A stretch of DNA of 64,000 nt from Takakia lepidozioides (taxonomy: Eukaryota; Plantae; Bryophyta): contig CM060734.1 of assembly GCA_030704615.1 (NCBI GenBank), positions 63,674,001 through 63,738,000 on the forward strand. Direction: 5' to 3'. Below the pieces are notes generated by a model. That model had not been told where the DNA came from. It saw nothing but the letters and a program-made list of their open reading frames with translations, and did not search any database. Positions 38,700 to 53,137 of the stretch are shown here, in pieces. Within the stretch, counting starts at the first letter, position 1. Every line of letters starts with the position of its first letter. The position numbers were made by a program, and so were the translations under genes.

Positions 38700-39968
38700 G
38701 AAGATTGAAGCGGCTTGGTTTCTTAAGTACCCCTTGGCTGCTTTACAGTTTGACCCAGGGGAGTGGAGTTGGATAGATGACCACCACTCCCCTTTCTTTG
38801 CTTATACAGTTAAGATGGGTTATTCTCTATTGAGGACTCCCACCTCTTTCTTATCTAGGTGGTCTGAAAAGTGGAGCCACTTGAACCTGTCAGCAGCCAA
38901 CTGGGACTTGGTATGGAAAGATATCTGGAAGAAATTTAGGGTAGCTAAAATCTCAGCTTTCTTGTGGAAATTGGCTCATAGGATCTTACCAGTCAATGTC
39001 AAGACCTTGTTCAACAACTCCTCTTGCAGTTTACGCATGGCTCAGCTGGAGATTATTGAACACTGCCTGGCTGACTGCCCTTTTCCTGCCAGAGTTTGGA
39101 GAGTTATGATGTGTTTCTACTCCAATTGGGATACCTTCCCATTCCCCATCTCTTCTTCTCTGCTGCTCTTGAATTTCTAGCCTTCTTTTAGTCTTACTTC
39201 ATGCCCAGTTTGGGCCAGTCTGAGGGCTTTAATCCTGTGGAACCTGTGGAAGGCTAGGTGTTCATCAGATGTATGAGGGAAGACCCCCTAGGGGCAGGTC
39301 TATTTTGTTTAATATATATCAAGACCTGCTTACTGAGGGGAGGAAGGCTTGGCGAACCTTGTGTGCAGCTGTTTCCAGGTCTTCTGAAGAACGTGGCAGA
39401 CAGCTCATCAATGACTTTCACCAGTCTTGGGGGAAAAATGATACTCTCGGAACCATGCTTCCCAACTTGCAATTCTGCTGGAAAGTCACCACTCCAGCTC
39501 ATTGGACTGTCCCCTGGTGAAGGAGACGATGCGGATTTTAATTGGAGACACAAGAAGCCTCGTGTGACCAAGTTCAGGACCCAGTTGAGGTTTTAGCTTG
39601 TAGTACTTGGCCCTCTTTCATCTTTTCTCCTGGCTTCCCTGTCATGGAGGATAGAGCTTCCTTGAACTATCTGAAGTCTTCTTAATCTTCCTTGCCAGTC
39701 ATCATTCTTAGGCTTGGTTTTATGTTACTTATCAGGCCTAGATTTCTAGTTCCAGTTTTCTTTTGGCGCACGAGATGCGACATCCCTGCTCCCTCCCCCC
39801 CTCTTTTTTTCATGCTTATAACTCGTATGTTGGGGATGTTCCCCCTCAGTGAGCCTTACGGCCTCCCTGGTGGTTATTTTTTCCACTTTTTTGTGAACAT
39901 TTATCTGTTTTAATTTGATTAAAAAGGCCTCTGTCTCCTTTGTCAAAAAAAAGAAAAAGAAAAAAAAA
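38700..39968 (+). mobile_element. 5'-truncated L1-type LINE (zf-RVT region, 3'UTR, poly-A)
   Basis: WKDIWK..KISAFLWKLAHRILP...EIIEHCLADC..ARVW; A-tail at 39944-39968. Confidence 0.8.
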
Positions 39969-41977
39969 GGGCCAATGGAAGGGCACCCGTGTCGGAATGA
40001 ATGAAAGATGAGGCCCCGTGGAGAGCGCATAAATAGGAAGGGGCCAGGAAGGTGGGCACCTAGAAACATCCTCGTTGTGGCTGCTGCAGGAGTGTAGGGG
40101 AGGGAGGGGAGGAGCTCTAGGAGTATAAGGGAGGGAGGGGAGTAGTGGCAAGGTCGTGAGAAGGTTAGGGCTTGGTGAAGTGCGATCAAAGTATGGCTGA
40201 GGGCAGGGATCGTCGTGCTTCTCAACAAGACTCAATTTCATGTAGGTTCAACACACACAAATTTCTGCCTACAATCCGAAACCCATAGTTTAGATGTATG
40301 ATTCATGTTTCAACTGCACTTTAGTTTGTTGTATGATAATTTAGATATCTTCTTCACTGCCTTGCTCTACTTTAACAAATACTGTACTATGTTGCAACTT
40401 TTGGTAACTCTTTAAACTGTTTATATTTATACAGAAAACCTTTCTGTCCACAGCATCAACTATTTAAAATAAGAGCCTTTCTAGTTTCAAATATTTTCAC
40501 CCTTCAACATGGTGTTGCTGCTGGGTATTTCTTCTTATAAAAAAGACAAAAAAGAATATGGTCATAATTCTGCAGTACGAGTTGGGTGTGATAAGCCACT
40601 TTACCTACCACAATAGTTGCTCCAATGGAGCCACACACCTACCAGCCACTGTCACTGGAGACCCAACAGAGATGTCCTACATCTGAAGCACATAGCCTCA
40701 AATATTTAAAACATTAATACATCCAGTATCGCTTCAACAGCCAAATACCCGGTAGCCTTGAGACATGCATCACCCAACTTTTGCACCTTCAACTTCCCCT
40801 CAAAACCCCTGCCCTAGCCCAACATAGGCCATGAGAAGAGGAAAAAAGCTAGAAGAATTAGTCAATTTCCCTCTTCAGCTCACAGACCCATCACAACACA
40901 AAACACCATATAAACTTTGCCACTCAGTCAATCTACAGCCAATTGACCAATTGGCCTAGTCATGCCTGCAAGCTTCAAATAAGGCACTCCCACCGATTTC
41001 TCTGATAGCGTGCCCCAATTACAGATGGGCAGCATCTCTTTTCTGATCTTTTTACATCACACAAAATATTCCCAATATCCTTTTCTCCTCGTAGGACTGC
41101 AGCTGGCCATGGGTTAGAACGATTGCAACCCTTAGCCATTTCTCCTTGCACCACTCCCACCTAACCCTGATAAAACACGTCTAAAGCACATAGAACAAGC
41201 CAAAAAAAGCGGTGAAAGCTCTTGCAGCCTTATATTAACCTTCCTGGCACATAAAAAATGTCCAATAGAAAGGATGCACACAATTATAAAGATGATTTGG
41301 ACAACATGACAGCATACACCACCTGCAAAGGACTTCACAGTATGGTTCTGCAGTAACAACAGGGTAAAATCTTTATTTGCACAAATGATTGTGGTACAAG
41401 CTGGAGCCCAAAGAGCTGCACAGTAAATTACAAGGATATGTTGAATGAGGAAAAATTACAATAAGATTACAGGGGGTTCACATATCTGTACAGAACTAAT
41501 GGCCGTTAAAAATTGAACAACTAAATGGTAACTCAAGGTCCCTCAAGACTCAAAACCCACGGAATGTTGGTCAAGCCACACAACTTGAGTGCAATGTTGC
41601 TCTCACTACTAGACTTGCCGATCACTATCTCTCTGCTCTGCTCCATCATGTGTACAAGGTGGGGATGGAATGACTATTACATACATCCCAAGATGTAGGA
41701 GTCCAGATCTTCAGTCAGATTCTTTTGTATCAAAGGCTGTTCAATTAGGGCGCTCATAACCTCTCTCAGGGAATCCGCACATTCCATCTCTACAGCTCTC
41801 TGCACCTCATTGAGACCAACCTACTAGACTTTTCTGAGTTGCATCTCCATACCAGAGGAACCAAAAATAAATGTGTCGCACAAAACCAGCTTCATATCTT
41901 GCCTCTCCTCTCTCAATCACTCGCTCTTCTTCAAAGCTCCTTGCCGTGTCCTCTGAATTGTGAGAAAACGTTTAACA

Positions 41978-43016
41978 TCATGCAAGTGCTGGAACACTAC
42001 ACCGCGAGTCAGGGCCAGATGAGGCAAAACCTTCAACACGCACAGTTGGATTTGCTCCAAATGAGGGTCCACAACATGAGGTTTGCTGAGACAGCACTGA
42101 CTGGGCTCTCTGATGTAGAAACTGGACATCATGTATCAATGGATTACCGGACCGACTTGGAGGTGACCCAGAAAAATATGGGGGTGAGCAGCTGAAACTC
42201 GATGCATCTCCATATCCACTCTGACCCACCACAACCCATACACAATCAGTTTGAAGGCCGAAGACAACCTCAAATATGTCCTGAACTACCAAAAAACTCC
42301 TTTCAACAATATCACCTTTGCACCCAAGACATACCTTACTCAGAAAAATGTCAAGTATTTCAGACCCTGCATCACCTTCAGCTCGCACAGTGGCATGGCT
42401 GCATATGAACCAGAGTACGCCTTTTCAGTACAGGGCCCATTTGCTCAAACCGCAATACAATATACTTAGAAGCATTGAGATATCTCCATGTGCAGTGTAA
42501 GTCTAAACAGTATGATCAACCACATACAAGATTTGCAAGAAACCACTTGGTATTTCTATTCCAATTTGGTTTGGTATGAAGACAACTCCCCATCCTCATT
42601 CTTGCTATCTGCGAATTGCAAGGACATCTTACGATTGGCAGCCAACTACATCATACAAGACTAGAGGCTCATTAACCCTACAGAAATGAGAACAGATCAC
42701 AACATCTTGACTGCCAAAGGATGAAAGAGACCAGACCCAACACCTAGCCTAACCATTAACTGCCTGCCCCTAGAGGATCTGGTAGGGAATCAAGAACTGA
42801 CTACCCAATACTAGACACTGCCAAAGCTGAAATTACTACAACCACTCCAACACTCAAAAGGGAGCGCAAAGAGTACCTTCGGCGCCTCCGTGAGGGCTTC
42901 ATAAACTCGGGGGCAGGACAGGAGACATTAGCAGCTCGGCGTGGTTTAGGACATATCACTTCCTCCTCATATGCATCGGCCCGGAAGCCAGCCCTTGGCC
43001 TCCTCCTCTCGTTCAT
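41978..43016 (-). CDS. Plant-specific uncharacterised protein, At5g16110/At3g02555-like; exons 43016-42877, 42398-42335, 42220-41978
   Basis: GT-AG introns give an in-frame ICPKPRR...[12 protein letters not shown]...[23 protein letters not shown]...PTVRVEGF, the conserved blocks of that family (recalled, not searched). The start may lie further upstream. Confidence 0.85.
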
Positions 43017-46000
43017 TTCTGATCGACTCTCCAATGAGTTCCAAGCAGCAAGCTGCTGCACTCCCCCAAGGTTTCTTGCGCAAATCTCCAGTTTTGCACC
43101 TTATATAACCCACTGGCTTGCTATCGGTCTTCTGAGATGAAGAAGAGACGTGCCTTTCCCCACCTGCCCTGTCCTTCTGGATCTTTGTATATACAAAACG
43201 AGTTTCCGTGCTTCAAAAAGGCTTTGAACCTTCACCAAATCTCTACCAGGTACCTCTTCACGACTTTAACAGGTTCGATTACACCAGACTCGTGGATATG
43301 TACAACCCGCACTACAGTACGCCTGCAAACATTAATAGTGCATTTAGACAGCATGTAGAAAGATCCGTTGAATCTGGAGCCACAGACCTGAACCACCAAA
43401 TGGGTGCGGTGATCTAAACCAACGCTTGACAAACAACTGAAAGCGTCCACGAAACATAACCATGGCCCAGGTGAGAGCACCATAACTACTACCAGGGAGA
43501 ACACGAGAGGAATGTCAGAAAGGACATAAGGTGGTCCAAATCTAAAGCCAAGGCTCCCTAGGCAACCATAACCATGGCGCCTCATGGTTTCAACATAAGA
43601 TTAGACCTATCTGATACAGCTCAAGGCGAAGCTAGAGTGACGGAATAGTGAGCCAGCATGGGAGATCTACCACAGGAAGGAGTAAGTAACGAGGTAATGA
43701 TGAGCGAAAAGCGTTCTTCACTTAAGGAAATCCGCCTCAGATCTGCTAGAATGAGCCCTGATATATGTATATCGCCAGTCTTTAGAAGAGACTTCCCAAT
43801 TATGAGCAGCCTGTCAATAACCTCTGGCTTGGGCGACACTTAAAAAGTTACACACCTTAACCGCAGAAAACAAAGAGAAGAAAAGGTCTACACATAGGAC
43901 GCCAGTGGACCGCGAACACATCAGCAGGCCACCGCGGAATGAGGTACTTCATAGAGAGATACCCAGGACAGCAGAAATGCGAAGAATGACTTCCGAAGAC
44001 GACATTTCTGGCACCGATCAGACTTCTGATGTGGGTAGGAGGAACCTTGCATCTAGATCTAGTTCCTCAGCACACCCAAATAGACGAGTTTGTCTGACAC
44101 ATGATGGAAAATTCTTCAAATAGTGGCTGATGCCTAGTTCTTATCTCAGCTGAGAAACACACACAATACCAGCCAGACTATGGCCATGCTTCACGTATCA
44201 GCCCCCAACCTCCCGTGTAGACACACAAAGAGACACATATTGCCAGCAGTGAGCCACAACTGTGTAACAGAAAGAGGGACACCACGTCCACCTCCCATCT
44301 ATTCACCAGATGCACCGCCTCATGAGTAGATGAAGTTGTACACAGAAACGAGTGAGGGCCACCGGCCGTTTGTATGCTCCAGTGGCCGAGCTCGTCCATC
44401 AAAGAAGGACACCTCTAGAGGTAAATAATGCTAACAACCAGCACAAAGAGGCCGCAAAATAGTGAAAACAGCAGAGCCGAGGGCGCTGAAGAAGGAATCC
44501 TTTGAAACAAAAGAGACATGTACAGCACCATGACAGGATCAACCATGCAACATCCAACATCCAGGTACTTACCATCATGCCGCACTTACCAAACAGGTAG
44601 GAAGATTGAAAGGGGGCGACAACGACAGAGAGGGAGAAAGTGATCCAAGGTTTAGAAAGTGTAAGATGTAGGGTTTGCAAACGCCATGATATAGAGGCAG
44701 ACATCTACATGCAACGGAAAGACAACCGTTGACAAGATACAGGAAAAGAAGCATCGATATCCATGACAGCGGGAGAGCGCACCTGCCGGGGGAAGAGAAC
44801 GAGACGGGATGAGATCGAGGAGAGCGCGAGGAAGAAGGGATGTGAGGAGGGGAGAAGAAGAGAGGAAAAAAAGGATGTAAGGCAGGGGCAGCCACATATC
44901 ACCAACTTGTCCGGTCACCGTCTGCGCTGCTAGCCGGTGTGCGCCAAGTTGTCCGGTCACCGTGCACGCTACAGCCGGTGGCAGCCGTGTGAGCGCGCGC
45001 TCTAACCGCCGGGTGCCCGCCGCGTCTCTGCTCCACACTCAGATCCCAATCGACGGCCCTCGCACGTGTCGCGCCTTTCTCTCCCACGCCTCTCTCCTCG
45101 CCGCCTGCCCGCTAGTCGCTGCCCTGCCACTCCAGAATTTTCATCTTTGCCCCTACAAACTCCTCTGCATCTGCCCGCATCAAATGTTCTACCCGTCACT
45201 AACGGTCAGTCTAGTCTGTAAATTCCATGCCTCCAAATGAGACATGGTAACTTTTAGGTTGGTGGACGGATGAACACAACAATATCCCGCTGGTTGTACA
45301 TGCAGTCACCAAAATCCTGTAGTTAAGTTAGTCCCTATCAAAGCCAAGTTAGTTTTTTTTTTTTGGTTAGTTTTAATTGTGTTTAATGCCTCACTAGCAC
45401 ATCCATAAGTGTGGTTCTGTCAGGCACGTGGCATCTACTGCTCCACTTGTACCACCAAACAACCTTATGGCCAGCTTGACACCCCAAATGACATACCTTA
45501 GGCAAAAAGATATTGGGACGAGTTTTTTAGGAATGGAGCGACGAGAGATGGCAAGGTGTGATGGGTGTAGTAGTAACTTTTGAGAATCTAATTTCAATTT
45601 TTTTTTTTCCTCTCAAGCAAGAGCAAACGTAGGACTGCAGCCCCAAGGACCCGATACCACTACTTGAGCCCCCTATTTTGTACAAGAGCCAAACAAAAGC
45701 CTTGTATTACTTTATTTGATAAAAGTGGCGGAGAAAATAACCTCCCATGACGTACCATAGAGGTTGAAAAGGAAACACTGCACCCTAACCAAGAGCAACA
45801 TAACCAAGAGCAACAAAAGGTAGGTCCTAAGAGCATCCCCACCCTTCTCCCTGCCCCTCTATGGCTATTTGAAGGATGTGGTTCAGGACTCTCGAAAGGT
45901 GTGTGAAGGGGTGGGCTGCTCGTAGCCACACCCGTGCCCCTCATTACACCCTTGCATCCTATGTTCTCGCCTTGCTGGAGTTCCTAGCGACGTTCTCATA

Positions 46001-48726
46001 CGCTCCTTGATCATGTTCCCCACCAACCGCCTGCCTTCATCATTAGAAGCGAGCGGTTGGGAGGCATGCTCTGACCTATCCATGGTCGGGATGCTCGGTT
46101 GCGGGACGAGTTTAGGTCACTGTATATCGTGCACGGATATAGTGAAAGAGAAGGGGTTCAGGGTCCGCCCTTTACGGCATATACAGTGGGCAAGGGTGTG
46201 GTACGTTTGCAAGGAAATTTGACCTGTGTACACGAGAAGTACCTCGGAAGTGGTTAAATCCACCAATTGGTATCACAAAGGTGTCCACCTTCCAAACGGA
46301 TGGCAGTAACTCTTCGGGAAAGAGACTCCATAATTTACGCTTCCTTTGGAGGCGTCAAATTTATTATTAGGTCCTAACGGAAGACTAAAGATGAAATGCA
46401 AGAAAACAAGATCCACGGGATAAAGTGAAGTCCCCTTGAGTGTATAGAGGAGAGAGAACAAACATCAATTCTCGGAGCTTGCACTACCTTCCTCCATTAC
46501 CATTGAGCCTACCCACGAGCCGGTTCCATTAATGGCAATTCATCAAGCTTTACATTGTATAGCCTTGTATATCAGAGGAGCAAGCCAATATGTCCCGACA
46601 ATGAGTGTGGGATCAGTTGAAGCATAAACAACACTACAATATGTTAGTACAATTCCCACCAACTCTTATGCATATTCGATGAGACAATCCAATTCGCGAG
46701 TTGGTCTCTTGAAGGCAGTAACATCTCTCATCTATAGGATTGAGATGATGTAGGGTGATCACCAGATGAGCTCCATTAGTCAACAAATCACCAACTACGT
46801 TGGATATCAAAATAGGGCACCAATCGGCAAATCAGGTCCTCATGCAAACTGGAGCCATGCACCTATTTAATTTATAATACAATTTGTAATTTATTACAAA
46901 TTCATGTATTCATGTCCATTCCATATGTCTTTTATTTGAGAGATTCCCATGTTCTCCCAATAGAACCACCTAAGGTATGATGTCTCTGAAGAGAAGAATG
47001 GGCATAGTTATTGAGAAATATGAATTATCGCATTTTTCCCTCATACATAGTGGGCTGATCAGATTTTTAAGCAGGGGCCTAATTTTGCTAAGATCGACCA
47101 AATTGTCCTCCATAGTGGAGAATCGTATTGTTTATGTATGAAACACCTGGTGGATGATTGCCAGTGGATGGATTGTATGGGGGAGCTGATGCAGATGTGA
47201 CGGAATACTAGTCGTTTCTCCCACCTCCCCTCAGGACCCATGAGTCCGATGATCCATTTGCCCACTTGAGGGCTTCGATTTGGGTTTCCGGATCCAAGAC
47301 TAATGCCATTTTTTTTTCATGGGTAGACAAAGTTGGGATAAGGCAACAGCCGGTCTAAAAACTTGTTGATTGATTCTTTTTCCTATGTAAAGTTTCTGAT
47401 GATTTTTCTAATATCTCGAATCGAAGGGGCTGAGGGGCACCACATAGAAGCAAAGTACCAAGTGCTGGCAAAAAGGATCTAGTTGGCTACAAGTGCACAC
47501 CCGATAAGAGTAAGGTGTCTGGAATCCCAGTGGCTTTTTCAGCTTAGCTATGACAACTCCCATACGCTAGTCATCTAAAAGGTTGATTCCAAAAGGGTGA
47601 CCCACTAGTAGAATAGTGAGTGATAGTTCTTTCTAGGAGCCATGTTAAGCCAATGTGGTGGCCCCAAGTTGGGAGGAGAGGGAGGAGAGAGTTGTCAATG
47701 TCGTATATGTGGATTTGTGTACAAGGTAATCGGCGAGAGGCCATTGGTTACTGGATGCAACTTCGGCATGGTATGCTAGCTACAGGGCAAAACCTGTTGT
47801 TTTAGAGATGGAGATGACAAGACACATCTAGTCGCTGGAACAATCTTCCAATTATTTTGTGGTACCTTCTTATCATTCCATATTGTTCTTTGTACTCTTC
47901 TTTAGCACCATTGTGCTCCATATGTAGATTGTTATTTGAGCGTTTGGAGTTTTGTAGCATCGTGTTGATTGATTGTTGTTGAAGCATTTAACAGCTATTG
48001 AATATAGTTTTTGATGGCGCATTTCTAGAATCATGTTCAATTGTTGCGAAAGTGTTTTTTGCTGATAATGAGATGGCGCATTACATCATCAATATCGATC
48101 TCATCTTATGAAGAAACGTCTTTATTTTGTGGCAACAAATAAAGAGTTGATGGAGGCTATGGAATTATCCTACAATGCTGTAACAAAAAAAACAAAAAAT
48201 AGACGAGATAACCTCGGAGGAAGATCAGCAAACTATAATTTTGTCGGATTCGTGGCACCAAGTTAATTACCAGTAGTACCAGCCTAATGCAATTTGCTTA
48301 CTATTGGTTTGTTGGCTTTTTTATTTGGGACAATATGGAGCTTTACAAGTTGATTGTCAACGAACTAATGAAGAAGACTGAACTTATTTGAAGTAAAGAT
48401 GTTGGTGGACATATTATAAGAAAGCCTAATGTGGTGGAGATGATTTTGAGTAGTGCACTTGTGAACTCATTGGTTTCAATTGTAACCAGTGTTCTTCTGT
48501 TGTTGTGTAATTTATTTCAGAATCGGCTCCATCAACTCCACTTGCTGCAATATATCCACCTCCCATGATCCAGAGCTAGTTAGGGACCATATTTTCTTGC
48601 ACCGATTGCATATATTATTTTCCATTTCCCTTTCCATTTTAGTAATGCAGCTTAGGCGATGCAATAGTTTTCGGGTAGTTAGAATGATTGTGTAGTGAAT
48701 TTGTATATATTATGGATTAGAGTGTA

Positions 48727-49084
48727 GGGTAAAACACCCTATGACCGTTATGACCGGTCACCTCATATGCTCCGGTCAGGCCGCATTAGCTACCATTGCT
48801 GGCTCAAGACTGCTCATTTTTGCCACTTGGCAAACAATTGTTTGATATAACCCCCCAAAAAATGTGATTGGTCATAGGGTCCAAGGTTCACACAAGCTTT
48901 CTGATTGGTTCAACTTTGAAACCCCACAACTTTGTGTGGACTTCATGAAATCACGCACTTCCAAGTCTGTTGGGATGCCCTGGATGTGGGGCATCTTATC
49001 AATTTTATCCGGGGTAAAAATGACAAAAATTCACCGTTGGATCTTCCGCCATCGTTAGATGAATGGTCATAGCCCTGTCTACCC
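48727..49084. mobile_element. TA-flanked MITE, second copy
   Basis: GGGTA...CTATGACC / GGTCATAG...TACCC ends with TA flanks; internal similarity to 37585-37950. Confidence 0.75.
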
Positions 49085-49493
49085 TAGATTAGGTTTAATT
49101 GATTGGACTCTAGAATTTGACCAGTGTTGTATACTACCATGGTAAGTATATTAATTGACATAGAATGCATTTGTAGAGGTTGGTGGTGAGTTTGTGACAC
49201 CTCCTCCAATTTTCAAATGATTAGGGTAATTTTTGAATATTCAGAGTTTAGAGACAACTTATAAATGATTTGTGTCTATTCTCTCAGCAGAAGTAACTGT
49301 TGTCTTCTCTCGCAATTATTACGGGAAGTCTCAGCAGAGGTCTTTTGATTGCACTGCTTGGATGAATTGAAGCTATGTCTGGCCACTTGCTATTTGTGAT
49401 GAGATGTGTTGAGGCAATGTCACATCTGGGTCGGGATTGGACTATCTCCTGAAAGACTGGGTAACTTCCATACACTCTCATATTCTTGTCCCA

Positions 49494-51256
49494 GGCGGGT
49501 TAGGATTAACCCGCACCCGGACCCTCACAAAAAACCCAGATCCTGGGTTCATTTTAGAAATGAACCTGGAACCGGAACCGCCTGCTGGATCCAGAACCCG
49601 TTAAACCCGCTACCCTGGGGCCAATGTAGCAGGTCAGGGTCCGGGTCTTAATTTGAGATGGGGCATGCGGGGTCCACCTTAGATCTGGTAGGTTTTGTCA
49701 TATGTGTGGGGAGGACGATCAGCAATAGGCCACTGTAGCAGCCAGCCCCACCACGTTGTAGCCCAGTGACATAATGCCCACATACCACCTGAAAAGCGAT
49801 TGTGGGTTCAATCCACGGCGTGGTGTCACAAAGTTGTGCCCTATGGGACCATAATTTATACCTCCCAAAAGAGGCGGCTTATATTATTATTAGGCCAGAT
49901 CCCACACATCCATGCTATAGTGATCTATCTTTGAGGCATATTACTATTCTTAACATGTTTAAAGAATTGATATCAAAAAATAAAAAATGGAACTCAAACT
50001 TCTATTTTAATTCTTGTGTTAAATGAGCAATACATATTCATGGTATATTTTGAAGGAATGTCTCTTAAAATAAAATTCACTATTAGGATTTAAAGTTTTT
50101 TCCAGTGTTGTGCGGGTTCTGCCTTTTTAAGGAACCCGCCGGGTCCGGGTTCGGGTTTTTCTTGGGAGCCGGGTCCGGGTTTGTCAACATGGACTCGGGT
50201 TAGGGTCCGGGTAGTTGTTGGGAAATATTAGCGGGTTCACCGGTTCGGATCCAGGTCCTAATTAATTTGATTAAATAAATTAGAAAATATGATTAATTAG
50301 GGATACAATTATTTTTGGCTGGAAAAAACTTTAAATCCTAATAGTGAATTTTATTTTAAGATACATTCCTTCAAAATATACCATGAATATGTATTGCTCA
50401 TTTAAGACAAGAATTAAAATAGAAGTTTGAGTTTCATTTTTTATTTTTCAATATCAATTCTTTAAACATGTTAAGAATAGTACTATGCCTCAAGGATAGA
50501 TGACTATAGCATGGATGTGTGGGATCTGGCCTAATAATAATATAAGCCGCCTCCTTTGGGAGGTGTAAATTATGGTCCTATAGGGCACAACTTTGTACCA
50601 CGCCCTGGATTGAACCCACAACCGGTTTTTGAGGTGGTATGTGGGCATTACCAGTGGGCTACAACGTGGTGGGTTTGGCTGCTGCAGTGGGCCTATTGCT
50701 GCCCGTCCCCTCCACATATATGACATAACCTACCAAATCTAAGGTGGACCCTGCATGCCCCATAAGACCCGGACCTTGACCCCCTACAATGGCCCATGGA
50801 AAGCGGGTTTAGCGGGTTCTGGGCCTAGCAGGCGGGTCCGGGTCCGGTTCCGGGATCATTTCTAAAATCAACCCCGGTCAGGGTCCGGGTTTTTTGTGAT
50901 AGCCTGGGTCCGGGTGCAGGTGCAGGTAACCCGGATCCTAACCCGCCTACCCGCCTTCAAAACCCAGACCCGCACAACACTGGTTTTTTCAAGCCAAAAA
51001 TAAATTTCTCCTTAATTAATCTTATTTTTCTAATTTATTTAATCAATTAATTAGGACCCAGATCCGAATCCGCTAATATTTCCCAACAACTACCCGGACC
51101 CTAACCCGAGTCCGTGTTGACAAACCGGGACCCAAACCCGGACCCGGATTTTCCAAAATTTCAAAAACCCGGATCCGGACCCGGACTTGGCTCCAAAAAA
51201 AAACCCGATCCCGGACCCGGCGGGTTCCTTAAAAAGACAGAACCTGCACAACACTG
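49494..51256. mobile_element. Non-autonomous hAT element (outer copy); its other terminus is displaced to 51848-51882
   Basis: Ends in GCACAACACTG; rich in ACCCG/CCGGA subterminal repeats; opposite orientation to the nested copy. Confidence 0.8.
50103..50982. mobile_element. Non-autonomous hAT element (880 bp), nested in its own family
   Basis: Perfect TIRs CAGTGTTGTGCGGGT / ACCCGCACAACACTG; 8-bp TSD GTTTTTTC at 50095-50102 and 50983-50990. Confidence 0.92.
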
Positions 51257-53137
51257 GTAGATATCAAAATTTTGCTTTGTTGTTGTCTGTGCCACGAAAT
51301 CTTTATAAGGAGATATATAATAGATGTGGATGTCAACGTCGACAAAATTAGTATAGCTGGTAAGTAAATGGAGGCAGCTTAGAGAGGGTTTCCAAAGATG
51401 GCCAATTGCTTGCCAGCCATTTCAGTCTCTCCTCGCATGAAGCTAAAGGGGGCCCCTATTTTCATCTCAAGGACGGCTTTCCAGATCTTTGTGGACGTAG
51501 AAGATTTTCAAAATGTATGGACATCCTCATCCCTTCAATGCAAATTAATTGTCCTCTTAAGTCCTTTGGGGATCTTTATTACTAAAGTTTGGTGCAAAGA
51601 TTCAACCCAGCATTGACACCATCCTCAACACTTATATGTATCGGTTGTTCAACTACACCATGCACAAAAGGCTGTTTTAAGGATCTCGATCATGTGGCTC
51701 CCTTGCATTGGATCAGACCACACTAGATACAAATGGTAACTTGCAGCCCTCTTTTAGTTTCCAACCTACGACAAAACTGACCAGGTACAAAAACGTGCTC
51801 TGATTGGCAGCTTTGTGGCCGACCGATTAAAATAAAGACGGAAGTGGTACCCGCCTTCAAAACCCGGACCCGCACAACACTGATATCTACCCAACCTCAG
51901 GGTAAGGTTTGCAAAAAAACCTTGTCAAACAGCCTCAAGATCAGAGGACAACACATAAAAAATGATGACTTGCTGAATGATGCGGCTGCGTGCATGAATA
52001 GCTACACATTCATCCGGAGGGGACGGATGGCTGATCTAAATATTGCCATCGATGCCAAACGGACGGCACCGCCGCGTGCAACCCACCCAAAACCGCGCAC
52101 CCAATGCCCGCACACCGCGTGGATGACATGGCATGGCATGGTCTGGCATGGAGCGCACCATATCTGCACATGCGATCGCGTCGGTGCGCCACAGGCCACG
52201 CCGCCCTGTGCGCGCCCTATCTCCGTGAAGAAATGGAATACGTATACGTATGCATACGGCGTGGATGGTCGGGCATCGCATGTTCACTATCGCATCCGCG
52301 CCTATCGCCGCCCGTCCGGGCAGATCAAGTCGTGGGCAGCCATATTAGGCTTGGCTGCCCAAGGTCAAGCTGCCCGTGGGATCACAGTGGTCCAAGCAAT
52401 GTTGGTTGACTGTGCTGTACTAGTCCACCGTGTTGATAACAGGGCTACGAAAGAAGGCAATGACCGTGGGGTATCCGGTTCCACAATGTATCCCTGTTTG
52501 CAGAGCCCACCAAAGGGAGGCGTAATAAAATGGAACCCTTACCCTCCTTGTATAGTCTTTGGAGGCGGTGGTAGAGCCTTCTAGAAGGGGGCCCACCGCC
52601 TCATCTGGAATGTGGGCCCCATCCCATCCTCTATATAAAAAATCCGTGTCTACCTCCCATGGACCCCCCTGCTTCTATGCGTACAGGTGTGTGCAGCCTG
52701 TCCAGCCATTTCCCTCCCCTCCAAGCCTCCCGCAGCCCCACTGATTGGCTCTTCCCGCAGTGTCGGGTTCCCTGACCTTCCCAAGCTGGCCAAATGAGTT
52801 GGGTACATCATTGACATGTACAATGGGTGAACATACATAAGATGAGAAGTTCCAAAAAAAGGTTTGGCAAGAAACAAGAACTAAGAGGAAGAAAACAAAA
52901 GCTATACCTAGTAAGCTACTCAACCAGAACGACCCTGTAGGACTTCACCTAATAGCTTAGATTATTTTAGGGTGTGGACGTGTGGACCAACACCGGCTAT
53001 GTTCCGGCTCCGGGTACTTCAACACAGTCGACCTAGCCAGCATTCAAGCCTGAGATGCTCCGTTCAACAATCCTTGAGGGCGAGTTCACATGTAGCAGGC
53101 TAGCAATGTAAGCTGTGGATCTCGAATTGCCTTCATC

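Noticed and set aside
45900-48700. Possible L1 endonuclease (CLQET, ~46700 minus) and hAT transposase remnants
   Set aside because: Too degraded to delimit or support by eye.
51844-52584. 246-aa ORF
   Set aside because: Begins in a hAT terminus, has no domain and lies in probable promoter DNA.
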